From NCBI GenBank assembly GCA_018971685.1, contig JAGXAG010000002.1, positions 66,276 to 130,275 of the forward strand: 64,000 bases of DNA, in the 5' to 3' direction. The notes under the pieces are model-generated. The model made no database searches. It was given only the letters and a program-made list of their open reading frames with translations, and was not told the DNA's origin. Positions 1-8,209 of this stretch are shown one piece after another. Origin of the DNA: Patescibacteria group bacterium (GTDB lineage: Bacteria > Patescibacteriota > Minisyncoccia > Phycocordibacterales > PALSA-1337). The translations under genes and the position numbers were made by a program. Positions within the stretch are counted from its first letter, which is position 1, and each line of letters starts with the position of its first letter.

Positions 1-90
1 CCGCCCCGGCGAAGTGTTTCCATCTTATCGCTTCGCTCGATGCGGGGAACACTTGTCGCCGGCTCGACGGTCGCCGCCCTGGCGACGTCT
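1..90. repeat. GC-rich palindromic repeat-family copy A, lying inside the topA reading frame
   Basis: Hairpins CCGGCGAAGTGTT / AACACTTGTCGCCGG and GTCGCC-GCCCT-GGCGAC. The core TCGCTTCGCTCG...AACACTT...CTCGACGGTCGCCGC recurs at 48843-48900 and 38070-38090. Confidence 0.5.
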
Positions 91-389
91 TTCTTTGTGA
101 GCAATTCCTTTAAATGCCAGGCAATGGCTTCACCTTCGCGGTCCGGGTCGGTGGCAAGTAATACTTCGTCGGCCTTGACGGCCTCTTTGCGGATCTCGTC
201 GATGACGGTTTGCTTCTTGGGCACGATCTCGTAACGGGGAATAAAGCCACCTTCGATGTCGACGGCTTTCTTGTTTGACTTGGGTAAGTCGCGCACATGT
301 CCGATAGAGGCGCGCACGACGAAATCGTGTCCGAGGTATTTCGAAATTGTTTTCGCCTTCGACGGCGATTCGACGACCAAAAGTTTCAT
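1..389 (-). CDS. topA: DNA topoisomerase I, N-terminal TOPRIM part (partial; the gene continues past the window start). The frame was found by hand and is not in the ORF track.
   Basis: Minus-strand translation from ATG (complement of 387-389) gives MKLLVVESPSKAKTISKYLGHDFVVRASIGHVRDLP...ATDPDREGEAIAWHLKELL, which carries the canonical TopA TOPRIM motifs. The last ~30 codons (nt 1-90) are GC-rich repeat sequence and do not align to TopA. Confidence 0.75.
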   Translation of the reverse strand, partial: MKLLVVESPSKAKTISKYLGHDFVVRASIGHVRDLPKSNKKAVDIEGGFIPRYEIVPKKQTVIDEIRKEAVKADEVLLATDPDREGEAIAWHLKELLTKKDVARAATVEPATSVPRIERSDKMETLRRG

Positions 390-450
390 TGCCACAGTAT
401 TGCACGAATGAATTGCCGAAGTCAAAAAAATCTGGTAAATTGACGATATT

Positions 451-523
451 CCGCCCATAGCTCAGCCGGTAGAGCACTCGCCTCTTAAGCGATTGGTCGT
501 TGGTTCAAATCCAACTGGGCGGA
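451..523 (+). tRNA. tRNA-Lys (anticodon CTT)
   Basis: Cloverleaf folded by hand: acceptor CCGCCCA/TGGGCGG, D-arm GCTC..GAGC, anticodon loop CTCTTAA, T-arm GTTGG-TTCAAAT-CCAAC, discriminator A. CCA is not encoded. Confidence 0.85.
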
Positions 524-533
524 CATGGGATGA

Positions 534-641
534 GTTTACAGTTTACAATGAAAAGTTATTAGTGGAATTAATAATTATTAATTGATAGTTAACTATAAGC
601 TTGTCACTTAAATTAATAACTTTTCATTGTAAACTGTAAAC
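534..641. repeat. Nested palindrome: perfect 28-bp inverted repeats at 534-561 and 614-641, flanking an 18-bp palindrome (566-583, AATTAATAATTATTAATT) and a 12-bp palindrome (585-596, ATAGTTAACTAT)
   Basis: The reverse complement of 534-561 (GTTTACAGTTTACAATGAAAAGTTATTA) equals 614-641 exactly. The element lies between tRNA-Lys and tRNA-Leu. Confidence 0.8.
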
Positions 642-650
642 TTGTAACAC

Positions 651-732
651 GCCGGGGTGGCGAAATTGGTAGACGCACTTGGCTTAGGACCAAGCGGAGT
701 GATCCATGGAGGTTCGAGTCCTCTCCCCGGCA
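651..732 (+). tRNA. tRNA-Leu (anticodon TAG), long variable arm
   Basis: Acceptor GCCGGGG/CCCCGGC, D-loop AAATTGGTAGA, anticodon stem CTTGG/CCAAG with loop CTTAGGA, T-loop TTCGAGT, discriminator A. Confidence 0.85.
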
Positions 733-810
733 CAAAAGTGCAAAAAACGAAAAATTGCCCCTTTCCGGAGATTCCGAATTTTTCAGACTTTTGTAAGGTT
801 CGAACTTCGT

Positions 811-2112
811 TCAGGAATCGGCACCCAAAAAGATAGGATAGTCTTGTATCCTCGTTGTTTCTTTCGGCTTTACGCTGTGGAACCAATAGAAATACAGCGC
901 GGCATTCATAGCCATAAAGGCCGCGCTCGCAAAGAACGGCAATTCGAGTTCACCCATGCTTATCCAAATCCCGGAGATTGCAGGCGATACCGCCGAAGGG
1001 ATCCGTCTGGCCACGCCCGATATGCCTGCTGTCGTTCCGCGAAGGTCGGCATCGACGATTCCCATCGTGTACGCCTGTCTGACAGGCATAGCCCCCATCG
1101 CGCCGGCCATTCGGAGTATCACGAAAACCGCGGCAAGGCCGAAGCCGGGCATGACCGGAATGAGCGCGGTACAAATAACGCCGAACACTCGCGAGGCTGT
1201 GATGACTTTGATATCGCCGAAACGCCTTGCCATGTGCGCCATCCAAAGCGACGAGAATGACGCGAGCACCGAACTCGCGCCAATGACTGGTCCAATTATC
1301 ACCGGCGACACGCTGAATCGCAAATAAAGAAGATACGGGAGGATGCCCCCGACGAAGCCTATCCCAAAACCGTTGACCATTCCCGCTACAGAGATCTTCC
1401 AGATCATGTGGACACTCTCCTTTCTGCTCATCAATTTCTTTTCTGAATTATGGACGCCCGCCTTATGCCTGTCGACGGTCTCCTTGATCGGCCACAGAAG
1501 AAAAAATGTAACAATTCCCACAATAGTGACTCCGAAGAACAGCGGCCGGTAGGAAATTATGAGGGGCGAAGCGTAGACGCTCCGTATCATTTCCGGCAGG
1601 CCGGCAAGCAACGTGCCGAGCGCCATCGCGAATGTCCCGACCGCGCTGTTGATGCTGAATACCATGTTCCGGTTATCAAGCGTTGTTTTTTCGGAGAGGA
1701 GCGCCACCTCCGCCGGGGCGAATGGTCCCGCCTGGCCGCCCGCTCCTCCGCCGCGTCCGAGCCCGCCGAGCGCGCTCACGGCGATCAGAACGAATGGCAC
1801 CGAGGTGAAACTGAAGACAATCCCGGAAAGCGCGAGAAGCACGGAATAGGCGAGCAGGAACGGCTTTCTGCCGTACCGGTCGCTCGCGATACCGGTCGTA
1901 AGCGTAAGCAACGCGCTCACAGCACTGCCGATTCCGAGCGTGAGCCCGATGAGCCATGGCGAAAAGCCGATCTGCGCGAGATAGATGGCGAATACTACCA
2001 GAATATATCCCTGCACCAGACTCCGGAGTCCTCGAACAACGACCAAGCGCCGAAGGTCTTTTGTGGGAAGCAGCTCACGAAACCGGCCCATGAGGTTTTT
2101 CATGATTCGCAT
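811..2112 (-). CDS. MFS transporter
   Basis: 433-aa ORF with ~12 hydrophobic segments and the MFS signature GIASDRYGRKP. A GC-rich Gly-rich segment (GGLGRGGGAGGQAG) sits in the central loop. Confidence 0.8.
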   Translation of the reverse strand: MRIMKNLMGRFRELLPTKDLRRLVVVRGLRSLVQGYILVVFAIYLAQIGFSPWLIGLTLGIGSAVSALLTLTTGIASDRYGRKPFLLAYSVLLALSGIVFSFTSVPFVLIAVSALGGLGRGGGAGGQAGPFAPAEVALLSEKTTLDNRNMVFSINSAVGTFAMALGTLLAGLPEMIRSVYASPLIISYRPLFFGVTIVGIVTFFLLWPIKETVDRHKAGVHNSEKKLMSRKESVHMIWKISVAGMVNGFGIGFVGGILPYLLYLRFSVSPVIIGPVIGASSVLASFSSLWMAHMARRFGDIKVITASRVFGVICTALIPVMPGFGLAAVFVILRMAGAMGAMPVRQAYTMGIVDADLRGTTAGISGVARRIPSAVSPAISGIWISMGELELPFFASAAFMAMNAALYFYWFHSVKPKETTRIQDYPIFLGADS

Positions 2113-2255
2113 GGATATTCCGACATTGGATTGATGATTATTATTTGCATATATCTGTCGACTGCTCTTTCTTAATTAATTAATTATACCAAAGAACGCG
2201 GGTTGACATACTTTTCTCTAAAGAATATGGAAACCATTAGCGCATAAGTACCATT

Positions 2256-2284
2256 TGTTGAATCGTCAATAAGCAAGGTACAAT
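2256..2284 (+). promoter_or_regulatory. Putative sigma70-type promoter (-35 TGTTGA/TTGTTG, -10 TACAAT at 2279-2284) directly upstream of the GTG start at 2291, implying a leaderless transcript
   Basis: Hexamers read from the sequence with 17-18 nt spacing. There is no RBS. Confidence 0.3.
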
Positions 2285-2290
2285 GACCGT

Positions 2291-2866
2291 GTGAAAATAG
2301 ACTCATCAGTCTTATTCCTAAAAGCATCACTCGAGAATTTTTGGACGATTGGTAGTGTGGTGCCAAGCTCGTCATATCTGGCAAAGAAGATGGCGATGCC
2401 CATAGCAAGCAAGCCGAAAATGGTCGTTGTTGAGCTCGGCGCCGGCACCGGCGCAGTGACGAGATGTTTGCTCAAAGTTTTGCCGAGTGACGCCAGATTG
2501 TTCTCTTTGGAATTGAATGCGACATTGGCTGACCGCTTGTCGAGAGATATCAGCGACAAGCGCCTAGAATTGATAGTCGAAAACGCTTGCAACCTGGAGA
2601 GTGTTCTAAAAGAAAGGGAAGTAAGCAAAGCTGATTACATAATTTCCGGATTGCCGCTCGGAAGCATTCAGGAAGATGGCAGGCAAGAAATATATCGAAA
2701 TATTCACGCCTGCCTCGAGCCCGGCGGCCTCTATATCCAGTTTCAATATTTTATGGCAAACTTTATCGAGATCAAGAAACATTTCAAGGTCTGCAAAGTC
2801 GCCTTCGAATGGCGCAACTTTCCGCCGGCGTTCATATACAGTTGCCGATTGCGCTCCGGACGATAA
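2291..2866 (+). CDS. Class I SAM-dependent methyltransferase, PmtA-like (phospholipid N-methyltransferase family)
   Basis: Motifs IGSVVPSS, VVELGAGTGAVT (SAM-binding glycine loop), IISGLPL and GGLYIQFQY match the PmtA-like family. The start codon is GTG. Confidence 0.65.
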   Translation: MKIDSSVLFLKASLENFWTIGSVVPSSSYLAKKMAMPIASKPKMVVVELGAGTGAVTRCLLKVLPSDARLFSLELNATLADRLSRDISDKRLELIVENACNLESVLKEREVSKADYIISGLPLGSIQEDGRQEIYRNIHACLEPGGLYIQFQYFMANFIEIKKHFKVCKVAFEWRNFPPAFIYSCRLRSGR

Positions 2867-2915
2867 AAATATAGAATCTGATAGGTCCTTGAATTGAAAC
2901 GCGAATTGAAAAAAC

Positions 2916-2989
2916 GGCCTAGTGGCGAAGTCGGTCAACGCGGCGGTCTGCAAAACCGCTATGCGCCGGTTCGATCCCGGCCTAGGCCT
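2916..2989 (+). tRNA. tRNA-Cys (anticodon GCA)
   Basis: Acceptor GGCCTAG/CTAGGCC, anticodon stem GCGGT/ACCGC with loop CTGCAAA, T-arm GCCGG-TTCGATC-CCGGC, discriminator T. Confidence 0.8.
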
Positions 2990-2994
2990 CATTT

Positions 2995-3085
2995 GCCCGG
3001 GTGGCGGAATTGGTAGACGCCACAGACTTAAAATCTGTTGATCCTTTGTTGGGTCGTGCCGGTTCGATTCCGGCCCCGGGCACCA
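2995..3085 (+). tRNA. tRNA-Leu (anticodon TAA), long variable arm, 3' CCA encoded
   Basis: Acceptor GCCCGGG/CCCGGGC, D-loop AATTGGTAGA, anticodon stem ACAGA/TCTGT with loop CTTAAAA, T-arm GCCGG-TTCGATT-CCGGC, discriminator A, then CCA (3083-3085). Confidence 0.85.
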
Positions 3086-3130
3086 TTGATCTGCACCTGA
3101 TCCGTACCCCGTTTAGTAGACATTAGTAAA

Positions 3131-3457
3131 ATGGCACTTACTCAATCAGATAAAATTAAATATAACAAAGAAGATGTGATTAGTCACCATGGCGTAGCTG
3201 CGGTGATTAAAAACATAGCTGGTGAGGTCTTGATGCAAGAGCATGTCAAATATGGCTTTTGGACTATACCTGTCGGAAAGGTCAAGAATGATCAGAGTGT
3301 CCTTGAAGGATTAAGACAGGAGATTCTAGAGGAATGTAATTTACATATTAAGGAAGCTAAAGAATTGATCGTCAAAGATTATTATTACGAAAGGAATGGG
3401 AACAGAGTTAAGGTCACTAGTCATTTGTTTGAGATAAAAAATATGAGGGTGAGATGA
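3131..3457 (+). CDS. Small NUDIX-fold protein with a degenerate Nudix box
   Basis: A VAAVIKNIAGEVLMQ beta-strand followed by GFWTIPVGKVKNDQSVLEGLRQEILEECNL. This matches GX5EX7REUXEEXGU except Q for the first E and a shifted R. Confidence 0.5.
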   Translation: MALTQSDKIKYNKEDVISHHGVAAVIKNIAGEVLMQEHVKYGFWTIPVGKVKNDQSVLEGLRQEILEECNLHIKEAKELIVKDYYYERNGNRVKVTSHLFEIKNMRVR

Positions 3458-3621
3458 AGAATCTCGAACCTGCCAAGCATAGACAGCAGATATTTATGTC
3501 TATCGATAGAATACGACAATTACCTTATCTATCTGATTTGACTTTGTTATATCTGCATCAGATCGGAATCGATAGACCAGCTAAGATTTAAATCGCGACA
3601 CGATTTTCATTCTCGCGAAAC

Positions 3622-3649
3622 TTCACAAAACGGTTTGGGTTGGTACAAT
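3622..3649 (+). promoter_or_regulatory. Putative promoter (-35 TTCACA 3622-3627, 16-nt spacer, -10 TACAAT 3644-3649) ending 6 nt before the ATG at 3656, implying a leaderless mRNA
   Basis: Read directly from the sequence. The upstream region 3480-3580 carries direct repeats of ATCGATAGA. Confidence 0.4.
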
Positions 3650-3655
3650 TTTGGT

Positions 3656-4501
3656 ATGAAGAAGCACGAGGACAAAGCCATAGCCATATTCGAGGGCAGC
3701 CAAATTCGCAGACATTGGGACGCGGACAAGGAGCTTTGGTATTTTTCGGTAGTAGATATAATAGCAGTGCTCACTGAGAGCGTTGACCCATTTGCTTATT
3801 GGAGAAAACTAAAGGAAAGGTTGTTCAAAGAGGGCGGAAACGAAACCGTGACAAAATGTCACGCTTTGAAAATGGTGGCTGCAGACGGAAAAATGAGGCT
3901 AACTGACGCCGCCGATACCGAAACCATGCTCCGTCTCATCCAATCGATTCCATCCCCAAACGCCGAACCGTTCAAACTTTGGCTGGCTCGCGTAGGTTAC
4001 GAGAGACTCGAAGAAACCGCTGATCCTGAATTAGCCATAAATCGCGCGCTGAAGACATATTTGCGCAAGGGTTACAGTCCGGAATGGGTTAATCAACGAT
4101 TGAAGAGCATAGAAATACGCAAGGCTCTGACCGATGAGTGGGAAAATAGGGGAATGAAGGAAGGTATTGAGTTTGCGATACTGACTGATGAAATCACCAA
4201 AGCCTGGTCGGGTCTTACCACAAGACAATATAAAAAACTGAAAGATCTGAAGAAAGAGAATCTTCGAGACAATATGACAAACATTGAATTAGTCCTGAAT
4301 ATGCTGGCAGAAACGGCGACTACGGAGATTTCCAAAAAGAAGGAGCCTAAAGATTTGGAAGAAAACAGGACGGTTGCCAGGGAGGGTGGCGGTATAGCCG
4401 GAAACGCCAGGAGACAAATAGAGGGAAAGACCGGTAAGAAAGCTATTTCTGATTATAATTTTAGAAAAGACCGGGAAAGGAAAAAGTTAAGGGGAAATTG
4501 A
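3656..4501 (+). CDS. dinD: DinD-like DNA-damage-inducible protein with an N-terminal Bro-N/KilA-N-like domain
   Basis: The N-terminus KAIAIFEGSQIRRHWDADKELWYFSVVDIIAVL matches Bro-N. The C-terminal half (KKLKDLKKENLRDNMTNIELVLNMLAETATTEISKKKEPKDL...AREGGGIAGNARRQIE) parallels E. coli DinD. The ORF-track start at 3635 is a TTG; the ATG at 3656 is preferred. Confidence 0.6.
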   Translation: MKKHEDKAIAIFEGSQIRRHWDADKELWYFSVVDIIAVLTESVDPFAYWRKLKERLFKEGGNETVTKCHALKMVAADGKMRLTDAADTETMLRLIQSIPSPNAEPFKLWLARVGYERLEETADPELAINRALKTYLRKGYSPEWVNQRLKSIEIRKALTDEWENRGMKEGIEFAILTDEITKAWSGLTTRQYKKLKDLKKENLRDNMTNIELVLNMLAETATTEISKKKEPKDLEENRTVAREGGGIAGNARRQIEGKTGKKAISDYNFRKDRERKKLRGN

Positions 4502-4804
4502 ATCCAGCCTCTGCCTATTTTTCTCCCCCTTATCAACCGCTACCTCGAAATATGGCACGCGCATCATGCGCGCATTGTCCATGACGAAATTCCGAAAATC
4601 AGTGAGTTGTCGGTGCATGAAGTCGAGCGCGGCCGCCTCTTGATCTTGCGGCAAAACAGTGAACATAATAACGGCAATCTTTCCACGACTTTTCAATACA
4701 ACATCGGTGATCGTGATCAAAGAGGTACGATTTGATTCTCGCGAAAAATATTCCGCCGCGAGCGTTTTTATCAATTCCTTTAGTTTCGATTCTTTGTAGT
4801 TCAT
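4487..4804 (-). CDS. rbfA: Ribosome-binding factor A
   Basis: 105 aa with the RbfA KH-like core (RTSLITITDVVLKSRGKIAVIMFTV), immediately downstream of infB. Confidence 0.85.
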   Translation of the reverse strand: MNYKESKLKELIKTLAAEYFSRESNRTSLITITDVVLKSRGKIAVIMFTVLPQDQEAAALDFMHRQLTDFRNFVMDNARMMRVPYFEVAVDKGEKNRQRLDSISP

Positions 4805-4835
4805 TGTTATACCATTGATAACTAATCACTGTAAA

Positions 4836-6449
4836 CTACTTCTCCACCGTCCTTACCGCTTCTATCCTGTCTCCGACCGCAATTTCGACTTTTGCCTCAA
4901 CCATCACCCCGAATTCGTGTCCTTCGGCCACCTCGCTCGTTCTCAGTTTCTTTTCCTGGAGCTCGCGAATTTTGCCCCTGCCGATTTCCGCATCGCGGCG
5001 CATTATCCTGACCTCGTTGCCTGTCGAAATGATACCCGTTTCCACTTTGCCGCCCACGACTTGCCGGTCTTTCTCCTTGGAAAATATCGCCAGAATTTTG
5101 GCGCGGCCCGTCGATTCCTCAATGTATTCTTTCGGCACGCGCGCCAGTAGGGCGTTGCGCACGAATTCCGACAATTCGTATATGATCGAGAAATTTTTCA
5201 CTTGAATGGGGGAGCGCTCGATTATAGCCGCCGCTTTCTTGTCCGGTTCCGCGTTGAAGCCGACGATGACAATGTTTTCCGGATCGCCCAGCGCCGTCTT
5301 CGCGTCTTTTTCATTGATACCGCCGATACCCTCCGAAACAATTTTTATTTTCACTTTGTCATGCTCGATTTTGCCAAGCTCGAATTTCACGCCGTCCAAG
5401 CTACCGACAGTATCGGCTTTAAGGATTATAGGAAAATATATTATTTTGGGCGTTTCCGCCGCCTCGTCATCAGTAAAGGAATCCGAGGGACGCCTCGGAG
5501 GCCGCGAAGGCGGCCGAGAGCCAGCCGCGCCTAGAGCAGTCGGCGACGGCGTGTCCATCGGATCCTTTGCAGATGACGAGGCGGCGCTCCCCGTCAATCT
5601 CTCCGCATCCTTCTTGGATCCTACAGTTACGAATATATCACCGCAGGCCGGCACTTCATTCCAGCCTGTAATAACTACTGGCGTTGAAGCCGTCGCTTTC
5701 TCTATTTTATCACCCTTGAAATCCTCAATGAACCTGACCGGCGAATAAGCTGTGCCGGTCACCACGAATTTGCCGACTTCGAGCACGCCATCTTTCACTA
5801 TGAGCGTGGCGGAAATGCCTTTGCGCGGATCAAGCTCCGATTCGACAACCACACCCTCGGACGGTTTGTTCGGGTCGGCTTTCAGATCGGCCAATTCTGC
5901 AACCAGTATGACCATATCGAGAAGCTCTGAGACACCGGTTCCATTCAAGGCCGAAATGGCAACGCATGGTATATCGCCGCCCCAACCTTCGACATAGATC
6001 TCATTTTCGCCCAGGCTCTGCTTGGCGCGATTTATATCGGCATTCGGCTTATCAATTTTGTTTATTGCGACCACGAATGGAATGCCGGCCGATTTTATCT
6101 CCTTGTATGCTTCTATCGTCTGCGGCTTAACCCCGTCTTCCGCTGATACCACCAATATGGCGATATCGGCCGCTTTGGCGCCGCGTTCGCGGATACCGCA
6201 AAAGGCTTCGTGTCCGGGCGTGTCCAGAAATGTGACGGTATGCTTTTTTTCAGTGCCGGTATTATTGTCTTTGGAAATATGTTCAACCTGGTATGCTCCG
6301 ACATGCTGAGTGATGCCGCCCGCTTCGCCGGCCACAATGTTCGACTTCCTGATGTGGTCGAGCAGGGTTGACTTGCCATGGTCGATGTGACCCATGACGA
6401 CGACTATAGGAGGCCGCTTAACGCGGCCCTTTTCGTGATTATTGGACAT
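4836..6449 (-). CDS. infB: Translation initiation factor IF-2 (short form without the N-terminal domain)
   Basis: G1 GHIDHGKST, G3 DTPGHEAF, G4 NKIDK, a beta-barrel domain II and the C-terminal domains. A Pro/Ser/Arg-rich low-complexity linker (aa ~290-340) is encoded by a GC-rich repeat-like segment. Confidence 0.9.
   Translation of the reverse strand: MSNNHEKGRVKRPPIVVVMGHIDHGKSTLLDHIRKSNIVAGEAGGITQHVGAYQVEHISKDNNTGTEKKHTVTFLDTPGHEAFCGIRERGAKAADIAILVVSAEDGVKPQTIEAYKEIKSAGIPFVVAINKIDKPNADINRAKQSLGENEIYVEGWGGDIPCVAISALNGTGVSELLDMVILVAELADLKADPNKPSEGVVVESELDPRKGISATLIVKDGVLEVGKFVVTGTAYSPVRFIEDFKGDKIEKATASTPVVITGWNEVPACGDIFVTVGSKKDAERLTGSAASSSAKDPMDTPSPTALGAAGSRPPSRPPRRPSDSFTDDEAAETPKIIYFPIILKADTVGSLDGVKFELGKIEHDKVKIKIVSEGIGGINEKDAKTALGDPENIVIVGFNAEPDKKAAAIIERSPIQVKNFSIIYELSEFVRNALLARVPKEYIEESTGRAKILAIFSKEKDRQVVGGKVETGIISTGNEVRIMRRDAEIGRGKIRELQEKKLRTSEVAEGHEFGVMVEAKVEIAVGDRIEAVRTVEK
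5485..5570. repeat. GC-rich palindromic repeat-family segment inside the infB linker
   Basis: Nested hairpin CTCGG-AGG-[CCGC-GAAG-GCGG]-CCGAG. It shares CTCGGAGGCCG with the pyrD copy and GTCGGCGACGG with copy A. Confidence 0.45.
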
Positions 6450-6511
6450 TGTTACTACGATACCACGCGAGTAGGGTAGTTGACAAATAATGTGATCTAC
6501 AGCACCGTTTT

Positions 6512-6739
6512 TTATTTGAAATCGTTTTTGTTCATTCCTGATTGACGAATGATTGAAGCGAATGTGCCTTGCGGTACCTCTTTCCTGTCGGCCGGAATAA
6601 TAACGGTAGCTGATTCACCGCCAGGTTGCGAGATCTTGTGATATTTGATATGGCTGCCTCTTTGGGATACGAAAACAAAACCGTTGGCAGTCAAGACTTT
6701 GATTATATGTTTGGAAGAATATAGCCTAGGCATAAACAA
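6512..6739 (-). CDS. hicA: Type II toxin HicA
   Basis: 75 aa; KVLTANGFVFVSQRGSHIKYHK ... GTFASIIRQSGM matches the HicA/YcfA family. Confidence 0.8.
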   Translation of the reverse strand: MFMPRLYSSKHIIKVLTANGFVFVSQRGSHIKYHKISQPGGESATVIIPADRKEVPQGTFASIIRQSGMNKNDFK

Positions 6740-6944
6740 CAGTGTTCGTCACAATGGTTGGACGAACGACTTTGCGTATGCTCATTTTCGGTATACCGTC
6801 CATGTAGAGCTCAATAGCTTCGATCAGGTTTTTTAACGCTTCTCGTTTAGTCTTACCAAAACTGGAAACATCCATATTTAAAGCTTGAGAGACATAATAT
6901 TTTCCTTCTTTCCAGACCAAATTTTTTAGAGATAGTTTTTTCAT
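6726..6944 (-). CDS. hicB: Type II antitoxin HicB
   Basis: 72 aa UPF0150-like protein (EGKYYVSQALNMDVSSFGKTKREALKNLIEAIELYMD). It overlaps hicA by 14 nt. Confidence 0.75.
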   Translation of the reverse strand: MKKLSLKNLVWKEGKYYVSQALNMDVSSFGKTKREALKNLIEAIELYMDGIPKMSIRKVVRPTIVTNTVVYA

Positions 6945-6983
6945 GATTCAATCCATGACCCAATCATAGCGCGGTCTGGATTA

Positions 6984-8180
6984 TTGTCAAGAATAGATTA
7001 TAATCAAGACAAGCAAATCATGGAAACCGCGCTCATAATTCTGGTAATAATAGCGATTGCCGGCAACATACTTATGGCGATCGCCTTTTTCAAGGGCAAG
7101 AACGGCAGAAACAGCAATGGAGATGACGCCCGCGACGCCGGCGGATTAAAACTGATATTGGAGCAAGTCAATGAACTGTCGCGGACCGTCGACAGGAAAG
7201 TCGGCGACTTGAGCAAAACCGTCGATTCTAAAGTCAGCGACCTGACCAAAACCGTTGACACCAAAATCCACGAGACCAGCCGCACCGTGCAAGAGTCCAT
7301 GAGAACCCACTTGGCCGAATCTTCCAAGCTGGTCGGCGTAGTAAAGGAAATCACCCAAGGCCTGACCAAGCTCGAAGAGACCAACAAACAGGTCGTGTCG
7401 TTCGCCGATCAATTGCAGAATCTCCAAGACATACTCAAAAATCCCAAACAGCGCGGCATCTTGGGAGAATTTTATCTCGAGACTTTGCTAAAGAATGTCA
7501 TGCCGCCGGGCAGTTACGCCATGCAGTACGAATTGCCGGCCAAGAATGAAAACGGCGGCAAGGTTATCGCCGACGCGGCCGTATTCGTGAAAGACAAAAT
7601 CATTCCCATCGATTCCAAATTCTCGCTAGAAAATTACAATCGCCTGGTAGAGGAGAAGAATCCGGTCGAGCGCGACCGTCTCGAGAAGCTGTTCAAAGCC
7701 GACCTGAAGACCCGCATAGACGAAACTGCAAAATACATCCAGCCGGAAAACGGCACGATGGACTTCGCCTTCATGTTTATTCCGCACGAAGCCATATATT
7801 ACGACCTGCTGGTCGCTGAAGTCGGCGGCGCCAAGATAAACACGCGCGACCTGGTGGAGTACGCCTTCAAAGACAAAAGGGTGCTGATAGTATCGCCTAC
7901 TTCATTCCTGGCCTTTTTGCAGACAGTTTTGCAAGGCCTGAAGGCATTGCAGATCGAGGAAACCGCCAAGGATATAGTGAAAAGGGTCAATGAATTGGGC
8001 AAGCATCTGAAATCGTTCGAAGAATTTTACCAGAAGATGGGTACGCACTTGGGCACCGTAGTCAACCAGTACAATCTGGCCGGCAAGGAATTCAAGAAGA
8101 TAGATAAGGATGTAATGCGCATTACGGGCACTAGTCCGGAATTGGAAGCGCCACTTCTGGAGAAGCCCGATATTGCGTAA
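6984..8180 (+). CDS. rmuC: DNA recombination protein RmuC
   Basis: N-terminal TM helix, a coiled-coil region, then the RmuC nuclease-like C-terminus (KQRGILGEFYLETLL, FAFMFIPHEAIYYDLL). Confidence 0.85.
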   Translation: MSRIDYNQDKQIMETALIILVIIAIAGNILMAIAFFKGKNGRNSNGDDARDAGGLKLILEQVNELSRTVDRKVGDLSKTVDSKVSDLTKTVDTKIHETSRTVQESMRTHLAESSKLVGVVKEITQGLTKLEETNKQVVSFADQLQNLQDILKNPKQRGILGEFYLETLLKNVMPPGSYAMQYELPAKNENGGKVIADAAVFVKDKIIPIDSKFSLENYNRLVEEKNPVERDRLEKLFKADLKTRIDETAKYIQPENGTMDFAFMFIPHEAIYYDLLVAEVGGAKINTRDLVEYAFKDKRVLIVSPTSFLAFLQTVLQGLKALQIEETAKDIVKRVNELGKHLKSFEEFYQKMGTHLGTVVNQYNLAGKEFKKIDKDVMRITGTSPELEAPLLEKPDIA

Positions 8181-8209
8181 ACAGCAATTCCGTGTATAAT
8201 GATAAAACT

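Noticed and set aside
40-477. Track ORFs 40-234(+), 110-298(-) and 130-477(-) at the window start
   Set aside because: They are in the wrong frames. The TopA TOPRIM frame (complement of 1-389) carries unmistakable motifs, and the ORF track misses it only because it runs off the window edge.
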